This document shows positions 11,401 through 17,443 of a stretch of 64,000 nucleotides of DNA, piece after piece. Both the position numbers and the translations under genes were made by a program. Positions within the stretch are counted from its first letter, which is position 1. Each line of letters starts with the position of its first letter. A model generated the notes under the pieces. The model worked only from the letters and a program-made list of their open reading frames with translations, was not told where the DNA came from and searched no databases. Source of the stretch: Minisyncoccota bacterium (GTDB lineage: Bacteria > Patescibacteriota > Minisyncoccia > Phycocordibacterales > JAQTLZ01); the NCBI GenBank assembly GCA_028714635.1, contig JAQTLZ010000003.1, forward strand, positions 21,237-85,236, read 5' to 3'.

Positions 11401-14400
11401 GTTCCAATAACGACATTTGAACTTGTGGTAATCCCGCAAAGACCAGCATTTGTTCCAAAAATAACATTATTTGAACCAGCCACTCCGCAATACCCCGCGC
11501 AGGTTCCCAAGACCACGTTGTCGGTTCCGACTCCTGCTCCAGTTGTATCATTTTTCCAAGCACAGCTTCCACCGATGAAGTTATTACTCCCACAAATCCC
11601 GCAGAGACCGGCATTTGTCCCGATAACAGTGTTATTAGTACCGGCATAAAGAGAGCAAGAACCTCCCCATGAGTAATCTCCTAAAATCGTGTTAGAGGAA
11701 CCCGCCACCCCACAAAATCCTGCGTGATTCCCGATGACAGTATTCGTACTTCCAGTAAGACCTGCGGTATCACCACCCCACGCGCTCGTCCCGCCGATGA
11801 AGTTGTTGTCAGCTCCGCTTGCGAGACCAGAGTAACCAGCGCAAGAACCGAGAATGGTGTTACTTTGACCTGCATATGTTGAACCCCAATTTGCTCCGGC
11901 GCATGCGCCGATGATAGTGTTGTACCAACTTCCCTGTTTTCCTCCCGTTCCTGTTGCTCTACCCAGACCAGAGTTCGCCGCTTGATAGCCGATAACGGTA
12001 TTGTATTGACCATACGTATCAGTAGTATCAGCACCCCATGCTTCTACCCCGGCGATAAAGTTGTTTTGAACAGCAGTGTTCAATCCGCAAAAACCCGCTT
12101 TCGTCCCAAGCACGGTGTTGTCATTAGCATTCAAACCATAGAAAGCAGCTTGATAGCCGAGAATAGTATTTCTTTGACCATTGATATTGCCACCAGCAAC
12201 AGCTTCCGAGCCGAGAATGGTGTTGTCGGTTCCTCCGCCTTGAGTGGAAGAGGCGACTTGATAGCCGATAAAGGTGTTGCGACTTCCGCCAAACCCGCAC
12301 GAACCGGATTGTGTGCCTAAGAAAATATTGTCGGAACCACTGACGCCGCAATATCCCGCTTGGTAGCCAATAATGGAATTTTGGTTTCCTGCAATTCCGG
12401 AATAGCCAGCACCGGCACCAAGCACAACATTGCATCCTCCAGTGAGTCCGATGACATCGTTCCCCCACGCACTTGAACCAGCGATAAAGTTTTGACTCCC
12501 GGCGATACCGCAGAGACCTGCCGAGTAGCCAAGAACAACGTTTTGATCCCCGCTCTGACCAGATTCATCATCCCCCCAAGCACCCGGACCACCGATAAAA
12601 TTAAAATCTCCCGCTACGCCGCAGAGACCAGCGTTCACGCCAATCACAGTGTTGCAACTTCCCGCTATTCCGCAAAGTCCAGCTTGTGTTCCAAGCACCA
12701 CGTTGTCATCTCCCGTTCCCGCGCCTGTCGTATCATTCCCCCATGCATTATCCCCGATGATGGTATTTTGATTTCCCCCAATTCCACCATAACCAGCGCA
12801 GGTTCCCAAAATGAGATTGTCATTACCAGAAGTTCCAAATCGCCAGTTCGCTCCGGCACAACTACCAATGAGAGTGTTATCAGAACCACAGACTCCGCCA
12901 TAACCAGCGCGGCGGCCAATGAGCGTAGTGTAATTTCCGATACGGCTCGATCCCCAGTTCCCTCCCGCGTCAGGACCGAGAAGCGAGTTATTGTTTCCGT
13001 AGACCCCGGCATAACCAGCATTGTAACCAGCAACAAAGTTATTATTTCCCGTGATGCCGTTATAACCAGCAGAATCCCCCAAGACAATGTTGCTTTGGCC
13101 ATTCGTACCAGTCGAATCTGCTCCCCACGCGTTATAACCGGCGATAAAGTTTTTATCTCCGGTGATACCGCAATATCCGGCGGCCGAACCAAGCACGATG
13201 TTATCCGTACCAGTTGCGGTTCCGCTTTCATCATCACCCCACGCGCACGCTCCACCAATAAAGTTACAGCTTCCCGCAACTCCATAATACCCAGCACAAG
13301 TTCCAATAATCACATTCGATCCTCCTTCAGCAATTTGTCCGGCGTTGTAACCAGCGTGGTCGCCGATGATCGTAGAAGATGCGGCACTCGAAAAATATCC
13401 GGCGTATGGACCGAAGATGGAATTGCCACTGCCAGTCGTTGATGCGGCGGCATAATATCCGATCGCAGAATTGTAAGAACCGGTCGTCGTTGCTCCCACG
13501 AAAGTGCCGAGAAGGAAGTTGTTGTCTCCAGAGTTGCCAAAACCAGCGTGATCTCCGAGAATAATCGTGCTTGAACCCGTGTTGTTATATCCGGCGCAAG
13601 AACCACCAATAAAGTTGTTGGAACCGGTGTTACTTAGGCCCGCGCAGAAACCAATGATGGAGTTGCAAGATCCGGTGTTTTGAGCACCTGCTGAAACACC
13701 GAGAAAAGAGTTATGGTCGCCGGTGTTGTCACTGCCAGCATACGTTCCGAGAGCTACGTTATAGTCACCTACATTATTAAAACCGGCGCCGTTACCCATA
13801 AAGTTGTTTATGTCGCCGCTATTGTACATACCAGCTTGGTCACCAAGAAAAACATTACCCAAACCAGTATTGTGCTGACCAGCACAACCGCCAACAAAAG
13901 TATTATAAGAACCCGTGTTAAATTCCCCCGCATGCCAACCTCCAATAAAGTTTTCGGATCCAGTTGTCGAAGCGGCGGCATAATATCCGAGAGCGACATT
14001 TCGAGAACCGGTCGTCGTTGCTCCCGCGAAAGTGCCGAGAAGGAGATTGTCAGAGCCGGTAACGGAGCGGGAGCCGGCACACTGACCTGCGATAAAATTA
14101 TAATTTCCAGAAACACCCGCGGCGCCAGCGCAAACACCGAGAGCGATATTGCCTGTTCCTGATCCTGGAGAGGTAAAGAGTATTGTGCCACCAATACCGT
14201 ACCCCCCGCTTATGTTCGCGTTCCCGACAACATCAAGAGCTTGTGACGGGTTCATAAGCCCAATACCTACTCGCGCTAGTGAAGTGTCCACATAAAGCTG
14301 ATCGGTGTTGACCGCAAAATCTCCCGTGGTGCAAAGACCAATGTTCAAATTCTGCCCCGCCACCGGTGTGAGTGTCAGTGCCCCAGTTCCTGTCGTGATT

Positions 14401-16979
14401 GAACCGGAGGTTGAAAAATTAATTGAAGTTGAATCGATAAGTACCGAACCAGTGCCAACTTTAAGCGCGCCTTGGACCCAAAGATTGTTGGCAATGGTTG
14501 AAGTGCCGGTACCATTTACATTCAAAAGTCCCGCAAGAGTTGAACTTGCGGTAGCGCATGTGCCGACAAAATTTCCCGCGGTCAAAGTCCCAGTAAATGT
14601 TTTCGCGCCGTTGATCGTCTGCGCACCTTCGGTCATTACAAAATTCGCATCTGCTCCCGCGTCTGGAATAGTGTAAATATGAGCTGCGCCTTGTGCAGCA
14701 TTCGTGATTAATGTTTGATAGTCGCCTGAATTTGCAGTTGGGCCAAATTGCAGAACTCCAGACAAAGCGGATGAGGGATATAAACTTAATACTCCTTTAT
14801 TTCCAGTTGATGTTCCCACATTGAGATATGTCTCTACAGTTCCTGAAGAGATGGTCAACAGTTTTCCACTGCTTGGAGAAAGTGTGATGAGACTTCCGCT
14901 ACTTGGCACAATCGAATTCGCCTTGATACCGTTTGAACCGAAATCTTGCGCCTGCGAAGTCGCGCCGACAACCGCGCCGTTTGCAGTCAGATATGAACCG
15001 GCGGGTTGTTTGTTGTTAAAGGTATTCCAGTCGGTTGAGGAAAGTGTTCCTGTCGCGGAAGTTCCAGCGAGTCCGAGGGTCAAGGCCTGACCTGAAATAG
15101 TGAGACCATTTATGCTGTTGGTAAGGGTAACGTCGCCGGTATTAGTGCCGGAGAGATTTGAGGCCGACAAAGTTCCTGAGAACAATCCGTTGCCAATAAC
15201 GCTCAAAGCTTGTCCAGGAGTGGTTGTGCCGATGCCGACGTTGACCGCATTTCCTCCCGTGCCTCCGAGCACAAGAGAATTCGAAGCTCCGACAATTGCA
15301 TTGGCGCCGATTGCAGTGGCATTAGTGAGAGCAGAAGATGCTACGTCGGCATTGTATCCAATGAGAGTAGTGGAGCTACCAGTTATATTGGTAGCTCCAA
15401 CGTTGCGTCCAAGAGCAGTATTCCGCGAGCCAGTGGTGTTGTTGAAAAGTGCAGACTCTCCGTCGGCAGTATTGTTGGAACCCGTAGTGTTGCTGTAGAG
15501 GGATCCAAACCCGCTCGCGGAATTTTGTACACCAGTAGTGTTGCTGTAGAGTGCAGAGTATCCGTTCGCGGTGTTGTTGATTCCTGTGGTGTTACTCAAG
15601 AGTGCATTGTTTCCAGTGGCAACGTTGTAACTTCCTGTGGTGTTGCTAAAGAGCGCACCATACCCGTCAGCGGTATTACTGCCACCTGTGGTGTTATTGT
15701 AGAGTGCGCTGTCTCCATTTGCGGTATTTAGGGTCCCTGTTGAATTTAAGGAGAGTGCATAAAATCCGCTTGCGGTATTGCCATACCCGGTGGTATCGTT
15801 CCGGAGTGCGTAGTATCCGTTCGCAGTATTCTCGCTACCACTGGTGTTATTAAAGAGTGCATTGTATCCAGTCGCGCTGTTGTAGCTGCCTGTAGTGTTG
15901 CTGGAGAGAGCTTGGTATCCTAGAGCAGTATTGTAATTCCCCGTAATACTTGTATTCCCCGCCCCCACACCAAGCAAGGTATTGCCTGTTGCAGTCAAAA
16001 CATCGAGGACAGTATTTCCAGCAATTTTATACACTCCACTCACATTTGCGTTGCCAACAACATCAAGCATTTGCGAAGCCGTGGTGGTACCGATGCCGAC
16101 TTTGCCAGCAGAGAAGAAAAGAGTTGAGGTGCCCGACACTGCAGTGCCGGTCGCGCCATAAAAAGCTGCTTGTCCGGTTAATCCGGAATTCACTGTCCCA
16201 CTCCCGCCCGCCGTAATGCCAAGCGTAGAAGTCGCAACCCAAGCAGGCACTCCTGAAACCGAAGAAAGGACGTACCCTTCAGTTCCGATGTTTCGTTTTG
16301 CGAGAGAACTAGTCGTGTTTGCATAGAGAATATCGCCAACAGCATACGTGGTAGTACCAGTACCTCCGTACGCCACGCCCAAAGTACTTCCGTGCCATGT
16401 TCCAGAAACGACTGTGCCGAGCGATGAATAGGTCGCCGAAAGATTTGGAAAAGTTGAAGTTGCAGAAGTCGAAGTCGCCGTAAAATATTCTCCAAGAATT
16501 TGTCCGACGACAGTAAATTTCGCGAACGGAGTTGAAGTTCCAATTCCGTAATTCAAAGTTGATGGATCGATGTAAATATGTTCGACGGTACAATTCGAAG
16601 TCCCCGGCGCGCATCCTGGATCGAGCGTTTCTCCCGGAGCATACGGAGTAATCGGATACGAAGCGTACGCGGGAGTTGCAGTCCAAGAAAAAATCGAGGA
16701 CGCCATTGTTTCCAGTATCGAAGAAATTTGTATCGAGAAAGGCTGGAGCGTTTCTGAAATTTTTCCAGAAAGTGGGAACGCGTTGAACGCGGAAGTTCTG
16801 GAATCCGTGAACTCCCGAATCGCAAGATTTTTAATATCGAGACTGAAGGGAAAGCTCGATTTTTTTTGAAGAGGGGTGCTGTTTTCCGAGAAAAAAGGAA
16901 GCCGGTCCAAGACAGCTTTTGCAATCAAAATGACCGCAATTACGGAAGAACTAACCTTCGATAAAACTCGGGGCTTCAT
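2409..16979 (-). CDS. Giant secreted/surface repeat protein (4,856 aa) with a signal anchor, four Gly/Cys-rich beta-helix-like repeat modules capped by tail-fibre-like motifs, and a Pro/Thr-rich C-terminal tail
   Basis: Single uninterrupted ORF with an N-terminal hydrophobic segment (VIAVILIAKAV). It contains hundreds of ~14-aa repeats (NTxxGxxAGxxxTGxxN and GYCGVxGxxNxxIG). The cap motif '...DVASxALTNATAIGxNAIV...SxVLGG...GIGTxTP..ALxVxGN' recurs four times. The C-terminal tail reads TPTPTPSPEVSGG...PPPSDAPATP. Confidence 0.9.
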   Translation of the reverse strand: MKPRVLSKVSSSVIAVILIAKAVLDRLPFFSENSTPLQKKSSFPFSLDIKNLAIREFTDSRTSAFNAFPLSGKISETLQPFSIQISSILETMASSIFSWTATPAYASYPITPYAPGETLDPGCAPGTSNCTVEHIYIDPSTLNYGIGTSTPFAKFTVVGQILGEYFTATSTSATSTFPNLSATYSSLGTVVSGTWHGSTLGVAYGGTGTTTYAVGDILYANTTSSLAKRNIGTEGYVLSSVSGVPAWVATSTLGITAGGSGTVNSGLTGQAAFYGATGTAVSGTSTLFFSAGKVGIGTTTASQMLDVVGNANVSGVYKIAGNTVLDVLTATGNTLLGVGAGNTSITGNYNTALGYQALSSNTTGSYNSATGYNALFNNTSGSENTANGYYALRNDTTGYGNTASGFYALSLNSTGTLNTANGDSALYNNTTGGSNTADGYGALFSNTTGSYNVATGNNALLSNTTGINNTANGYSALYSNTTGVQNSASGFGSLYSNTTGSNNTADGESALFNNTTGSRNTALGRNVGATNITGSSTTLIGYNADVASSALTNATAIGANAIVGASNSLVLGGTGGNAVNVGIGTTTPGQALSVIGNGLFSGTLSASNLSGTNTGDVTLTNSINGLTISGQALTLGLAGTSATGTLSSTDWNTFNNKQPAGSYLTANGAVVGATSQAQDFGSNGIKANSIVPSSGSLITLSPSSGKLLTISSGTVETYLNVGTSTGNKGVLSLYPSSALSGVLQFGPTANSGDYQTLITNAAQGAAHIYTIPDAGADANFVMTEGAQTINGAKTFTGTLTAGNFVGTCATASSTLAGLLNVNGTGTSTIANNLWVQGALKVGTGSVLIDSTSINFSTSGSITTGTGALTLTPVAGQNLNIGLCTTGDFAVNTDQLYVDTSLARVGIGLMNPSQALDVVGNANISGGYGIGGTILFTSPGSGTGNIALGVCAGAAGVSGNYNFIAGQCAGSRSVTGSDNLLLGTFAGATTTGSRNVALGYYAAASTTGSENFIGGWHAGEFNTGSYNTFVGGCAGQHNTGLGNVFLGDQAGMYNSGDINNFMGNGAGFNNVGDYNVALGTYAGSDNTGDHNSFLGVSAGAQNTGSCNSIIGFCAGLSNTGSNNFIGGSCAGYNNTGSSTIILGDHAGFGNSGDNNFLLGTFVGATTTGSYNSAIGYYAAASTTGSGNSIFGPYAGYFSSAASSTIIGDHAGYNAGQIAEGGSNVIIGTCAGYYGVAGSCNFIGGACAWGDDESGTATGTDNIVLGSAAGYCGITGDKNFIAGYNAWGADSTGTNGQSNIVLGDSAGYNGITGNNNFVAGYNAGYAGVYGNNNSLLGPDAGGNWGSSRIGNYTTLIGRRAGYGGVCGSDNTLIGSCAGANWRFGTSGNDNLILGTCAGYGGIGGNQNTIIGDNAWGNDTTGAGTGDDNVVLGTQAGLCGIAGSCNTVIGVNAGLCGVAGDFNFIGGPGAWGDDESGQSGDQNVVLGYSAGLCGIAGSQNFIAGSSAWGNDVIGLTGGCNVVLGAGAGYSGIAGNQNSIIGYQAGYCGVSGSDNIFLGTQSGSCGFGGSRNTFIGYQVASSTQGGGTDNTILGSEAVAGGNINGQRNTILGYQAAFYGLNANDNTVLGTKAGFCGLNTAVQNNFIAGVEAWGADTTDTYGQYNTVIGYQAANSGLGRATGTGGKQGSWYNTIIGACAGANWGSTYAGQSNTILGSCAGYSGLASGADNNFIGGTSAWGGDTAGLTGSTNTVIGNHAGFCGVAGSSNTILGDYSWGGSCSLYAGTNNTVIGTNAGLCGICGSNNFIGGSCAWKNDTTGAGVGTDNVVLGTCAGYCGVAGSNNVIFGTNAGLCGITTSSNVVIGTSAGASGVFGSSNFIGGVGAGGVWNSGNNGTTNTILGAYAGAAGVGGSGNYIGGTCAAGNWQAGLPGGSNVILGNFAGFNGLYGSSNSVIGDHAGAGGVCGSDNFIGGSCAARNWTGGFCGSSNIILGDSAGFNGLYNGACYNTLIGYSAGACWQGGYGGANNTFLGTCAGYKGTCANNNFVAGTSAGACWGGGFCGNNNIALGTCAAFCGFYTGADYNTAIGFNAGASWNGGSAGNNNVILGTCAGYEGIVGSCNFIAGVCAGYDWSGGRTGYFNTIIGASAGACGVSGVANDIIGAGAGEHGVCGNDNTLLGFFAGWDWVGGRMGGNNTIIGPSAGACGLCGNGNSILGNYAAYYGVSGDFNFIGGACAGYCGISGYCNVILGHCAGYCGICGDDNFIAGTCVAGNWQSTYSGDFNTIIGHCAGYCGIFASDNIILGTCAGFCGVCGSCNIIIGSCVAANWQSGREGTQNIILGTGAGMNGISGSGNFMAGVNAGAGGTSGTNNVFLGSVAGNGDTSGSSNVFIGLNAGNANTTGGNNTFVGVSAGISNVCGSSLLLLGDGADVAVDGLIHSAAIGYNAVVGKDNAIVLGGACTFVGIGTSTPDHALDVNGNIKIEGGSNGLYFPDGTFIGTAVGGGSGMTAAGDLSFAADDDFSGSGKITFATNGLTPVTILNNGKVGIGTTTPSYDLDVVGDVNVSGGYFVNGVNFGGGFVGANNNVLLGYHAGYNGVCGSNNLLGGYETGGNWNGANSGSCNTIFGYRAGYCGICGTSNFVVGDSAWGDQRTTASTGNGNIVLGTCAGYCGIFGPSNFIAGVQTGACWQSGRTGACNTILGYQAGFCGISASGNVILGSYAGLCGVCGNVNTLIGNQAGANWVSGRTGTDNIILGTCAGFCGISGNNNFIGGCGAGYCGVCGSGNTLLGTNTGANWTSGFTGSNNLLLGNQAGFRGVSGSSNSLIGSCAGYCGVSGSNNSIIGSCAGYCGVCGSDNTLIGTNAGGNWQSGMGGVCNIIIGVNAGTCGISGNSNTILGLDAGYCGVAGSYNFIGGTYAGGNWQSGFTSTDNIILGSCAGYCGVVGYGNTIIGKEAGSNWQSGFGGSDGVLIGRRAGLRGFCGSDQVIIGTDAGACWQSGRASSYNVLLGHCAGYCGMQGGSNSIIGNNAWGNDISGTTGTDNVVLGTCAGYCGINGSNNLIGGTYAGANWQSGFTGSQNTILGYCAGYKGLCGWNTTVIGSCAGGNWQSGFTGSENTIIGICAGYCGLCGWNTTVIGSYAGANWQSGFTGGQNTILGYCAGYKGLCGWNTTVIGSSAGANWQSGMTGGDNTIIGTCAGYCGIDGYNNFIAGTEAGANWTDGFNGAYSTIIGHCAGFCGVCGNDNTLIGTLAGGNWQSGRTGINNTLLGYSAGYCGITGNYNALMGGNASYYGVTGDDNSIIGYCAGFCGVCGSNNFIGGTSAGGNWESGRGGQYNTVLGYCAGFCGIAGSSNFIAGTQAGFCGSSGVDNILIGTCAGWSGPSGNENIFLGTCSGYLTTSGSGNNTFLGYKAGATNTTGDNNLALGSGADVASGALTNATAIGHNAIVSSSCSIVLGGTGADAVNVGIGLTNPSYPLEVNGNIKISGTGNKLIFPDDSFFSTAAGGAGVGITSAGDLNFEADNGGAINFVTADGVSTTTKFYIANNGNIGIGTTTPGYALDVAGDVNVSGTFLVDGVDVSGNFVSANGNVILGDGAGLAGVPASNNMIMGYQAAADWQSGRTTGDKNTILGYQAGYCGNVGSNNFIAGMCAGYCGVYGDENVLLGANAGLCGVCGSYNFIGGFQAGADWTSSRTGACNTIIGYQAGFCGICAGQDGNILIGSYAGFCGVCGPGNTFIGQDAGSNWSTFCGSFNTAIGHQAGQNGICGIENLALGNLAWGASATGGDGNYNTAIGYKAAYAGICNTGNTVIGYQAGLGGLGGSYNTVIGANALSNFQNFTAGHTDNTILGTNAGNNGVCTDNSFIAGTEAGANWTNGLNSTYATLIGYRAGFKGLCGSDNTLIGSYAGGDWQSGSNGTDNVVLGTSAGFCGIEGDKNAILGFHAAYGGACGDRNTVIGYTAGLISLQGNDNFIAGSAAGFGGVCGDANFIAGQNAGGSWTSGRVSNRAIILGSFAGQYGISADDNILIGSNAGAQGVSGACNTLLGSQVGLLGVSGQENTIIGSQAGYNGVTGSSNAVLGVCAAYYSLTGSCNTILGTRAGLYGVCGTNNFIGGVCAWGQDTGGGTGNNNIALGTFAGRYGVSGNANAIIGTFAGAGTDGVDGSDNFIAGEYAGGNWQNGRTGSCNTILGYCAGLCGLASGACNNFIGGTCAWGNDTEGTGVGSNNVVFGTCAGYCGIVGNDNTVIGRYTGAFGVSGVQNVLLGDSVGYCGIQGSCNFIGGTAAWGNDNAGNGIGQNNVVLGTQAGYCGVVGFCNFIGGVCAWGNDITGAGDGTDNVVLGTCAGLCGVSGNYNYIGGFQAGADAVSGNSNIILGTCAGRTVSGNTNVIIGYAALVGSGVSNSVVLGNGALADQDNSIILGGIGASTSFVGIGTSTPPQALTVGDGTNQANVQVSNGWLCVDDNGDCSAATTAGTIYANSTSITSTDLAERYPTEDDELSAAEIVSLDLDNPVFVKTARRSENAPLLGIVSTKPGVELGGFGDNRFPNDRKVPIALSGRVPVKVNLEGGAISIGDRISLSSVAGVGKKASSNEDSVGLALEAFSGSYDSSDNTVLVFVENKQGAVSSSSITASVASSALSQVSDSVRGSFESLGIVMTDMISYVKNLAVERLTAIAGIFQSVETIDLKAKNAVVDNLTIKNSADVSKTGVVIYDRKTGNPVCVFTENGVLRSEDGDCADNVSSATPTPTVDATPIPSSTPLSDDGAGTGQATPTPEVSGGGDSSGTPTPTPSPEVSGGEEETTPTPTPAESPAESPEVTPTPDESGEVTETPAPEVSPEDTPPPPQEETPPPSDSTPPPSDAPATP
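7450..7810. repeat. About 3 tandem copies of a ~120-bp near-identical direct repeat inside the giant gene
   Basis: The unit CCGCTCTGCCAGTTTGCTCCGGCA...GTTGTGTTCCAGCCGCAGAGGCC... recurs at ~7450, ~7561 and ~7670. It encodes 40-aa repeats ...ILGYCAGYKGLCGWNTTVIGSxAGxNWQSGFTG... Confidence 0.8.
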
Positions 16980-16998
16980 TAATAGAGTATTATACAGG
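16980..16998 (-). promoter_or_regulatory. Promoter -10 box (TGTATAAT) 9 nt upstream of the giant-gene ATG; leaderless or very short leader
   Basis: Minus strand reads CCTGTATAATACTCTATTA-ATG, with a perfect TATAAT. No SD is present. Confidence 0.5.
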
Positions 16999-17082
16999 AG
17001 AAATAGCTCAATTTTTGAGAAAAAATGTGGATAACTCTAGGTTTTTTCACCAAAACACAGAAAATGGAAATGTGCCGAAAAC

Positions 17083-17111
17083 TTGCATTCTTTTTCCAAT
17101 TTTGGTATGCT
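17083..17111 (+). promoter_or_regulatory. Sigma70-like promoter (TTGCAT-17 nt-TATGCT) driving secG, probably leaderless
   Basis: -35 at 17083..17088 and -10 at 17106..17111, with the ATG at 17119 only 7 nt after the -10. Confidence 0.5.
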
Positions 17112-17118
17112 TTTCTGA

Positions 17119-17352
17119 ATGATGATTCTTCAGAGTTTTCTGCCTTATATACAAATTATTCTCTCACTTGCCCTCATTGCAGGAATTTTGCTCCAGCAAT
17201 CAGAAGCGAGTCTCGGAAGCGCGTTCGGAGGCGACAGTTTCAGTTCTGTCCAGCACACGCGAAGAGGTTTTGAGAAAATTATTTTCCGCGTTACGATTGT
17301 AATTGCCGTACTCTTTGCTGCATCTGCGTTTTTAGCGCTCATCATTCGATAA
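17119..17352 (+). CDS. secG: Preprotein translocase subunit SecG
   Basis: 77 aa with two TM helices. The central segment LLQQSEASLGSAFGGDSFSSVQHTRRGFEKII matches the SecG consensus (LLQxGKG..GAFGGG....G.RG). Confidence 0.8.
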   Translation: MMILQSFLPYIQIILSLALIAGILLQQSEASLGSAFGGDSFSSVQHTRRGFEKIIFRVTIVIAVLFAASAFLALIIR

Positions 17353-17443
17353 AACACAAATATAAACTTTTTTCGAAAGAAAAAAGAATTATTATTTTGG
17401 ACTTTTTGTCCACCTTGACCCATACTCAACACTTTATTTTACT

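Noticed and set aside
2416-16686. Dozens of 60-320-aa ORFs on both strands inside the giant gene (for example 4863..5507, 5787..6398, 10494..11099, 12492..13442, 12665..13306)
   Set aside because: They lie antisense or out of frame within a single long ORF that has a strongly periodic composition. The repeat-driven codon bias generates long stop-free stretches in other frames. None has independent motif support.
2409-16979. A CRISPR array suggested by the strong ~42-45-nt sequence periodicity
   Set aside because: The periodicity comes from coding repeats (a 14-15-aa unit) inside one ORF. There are no identical short direct repeats separated by unique spacers, and no cas genes nearby.
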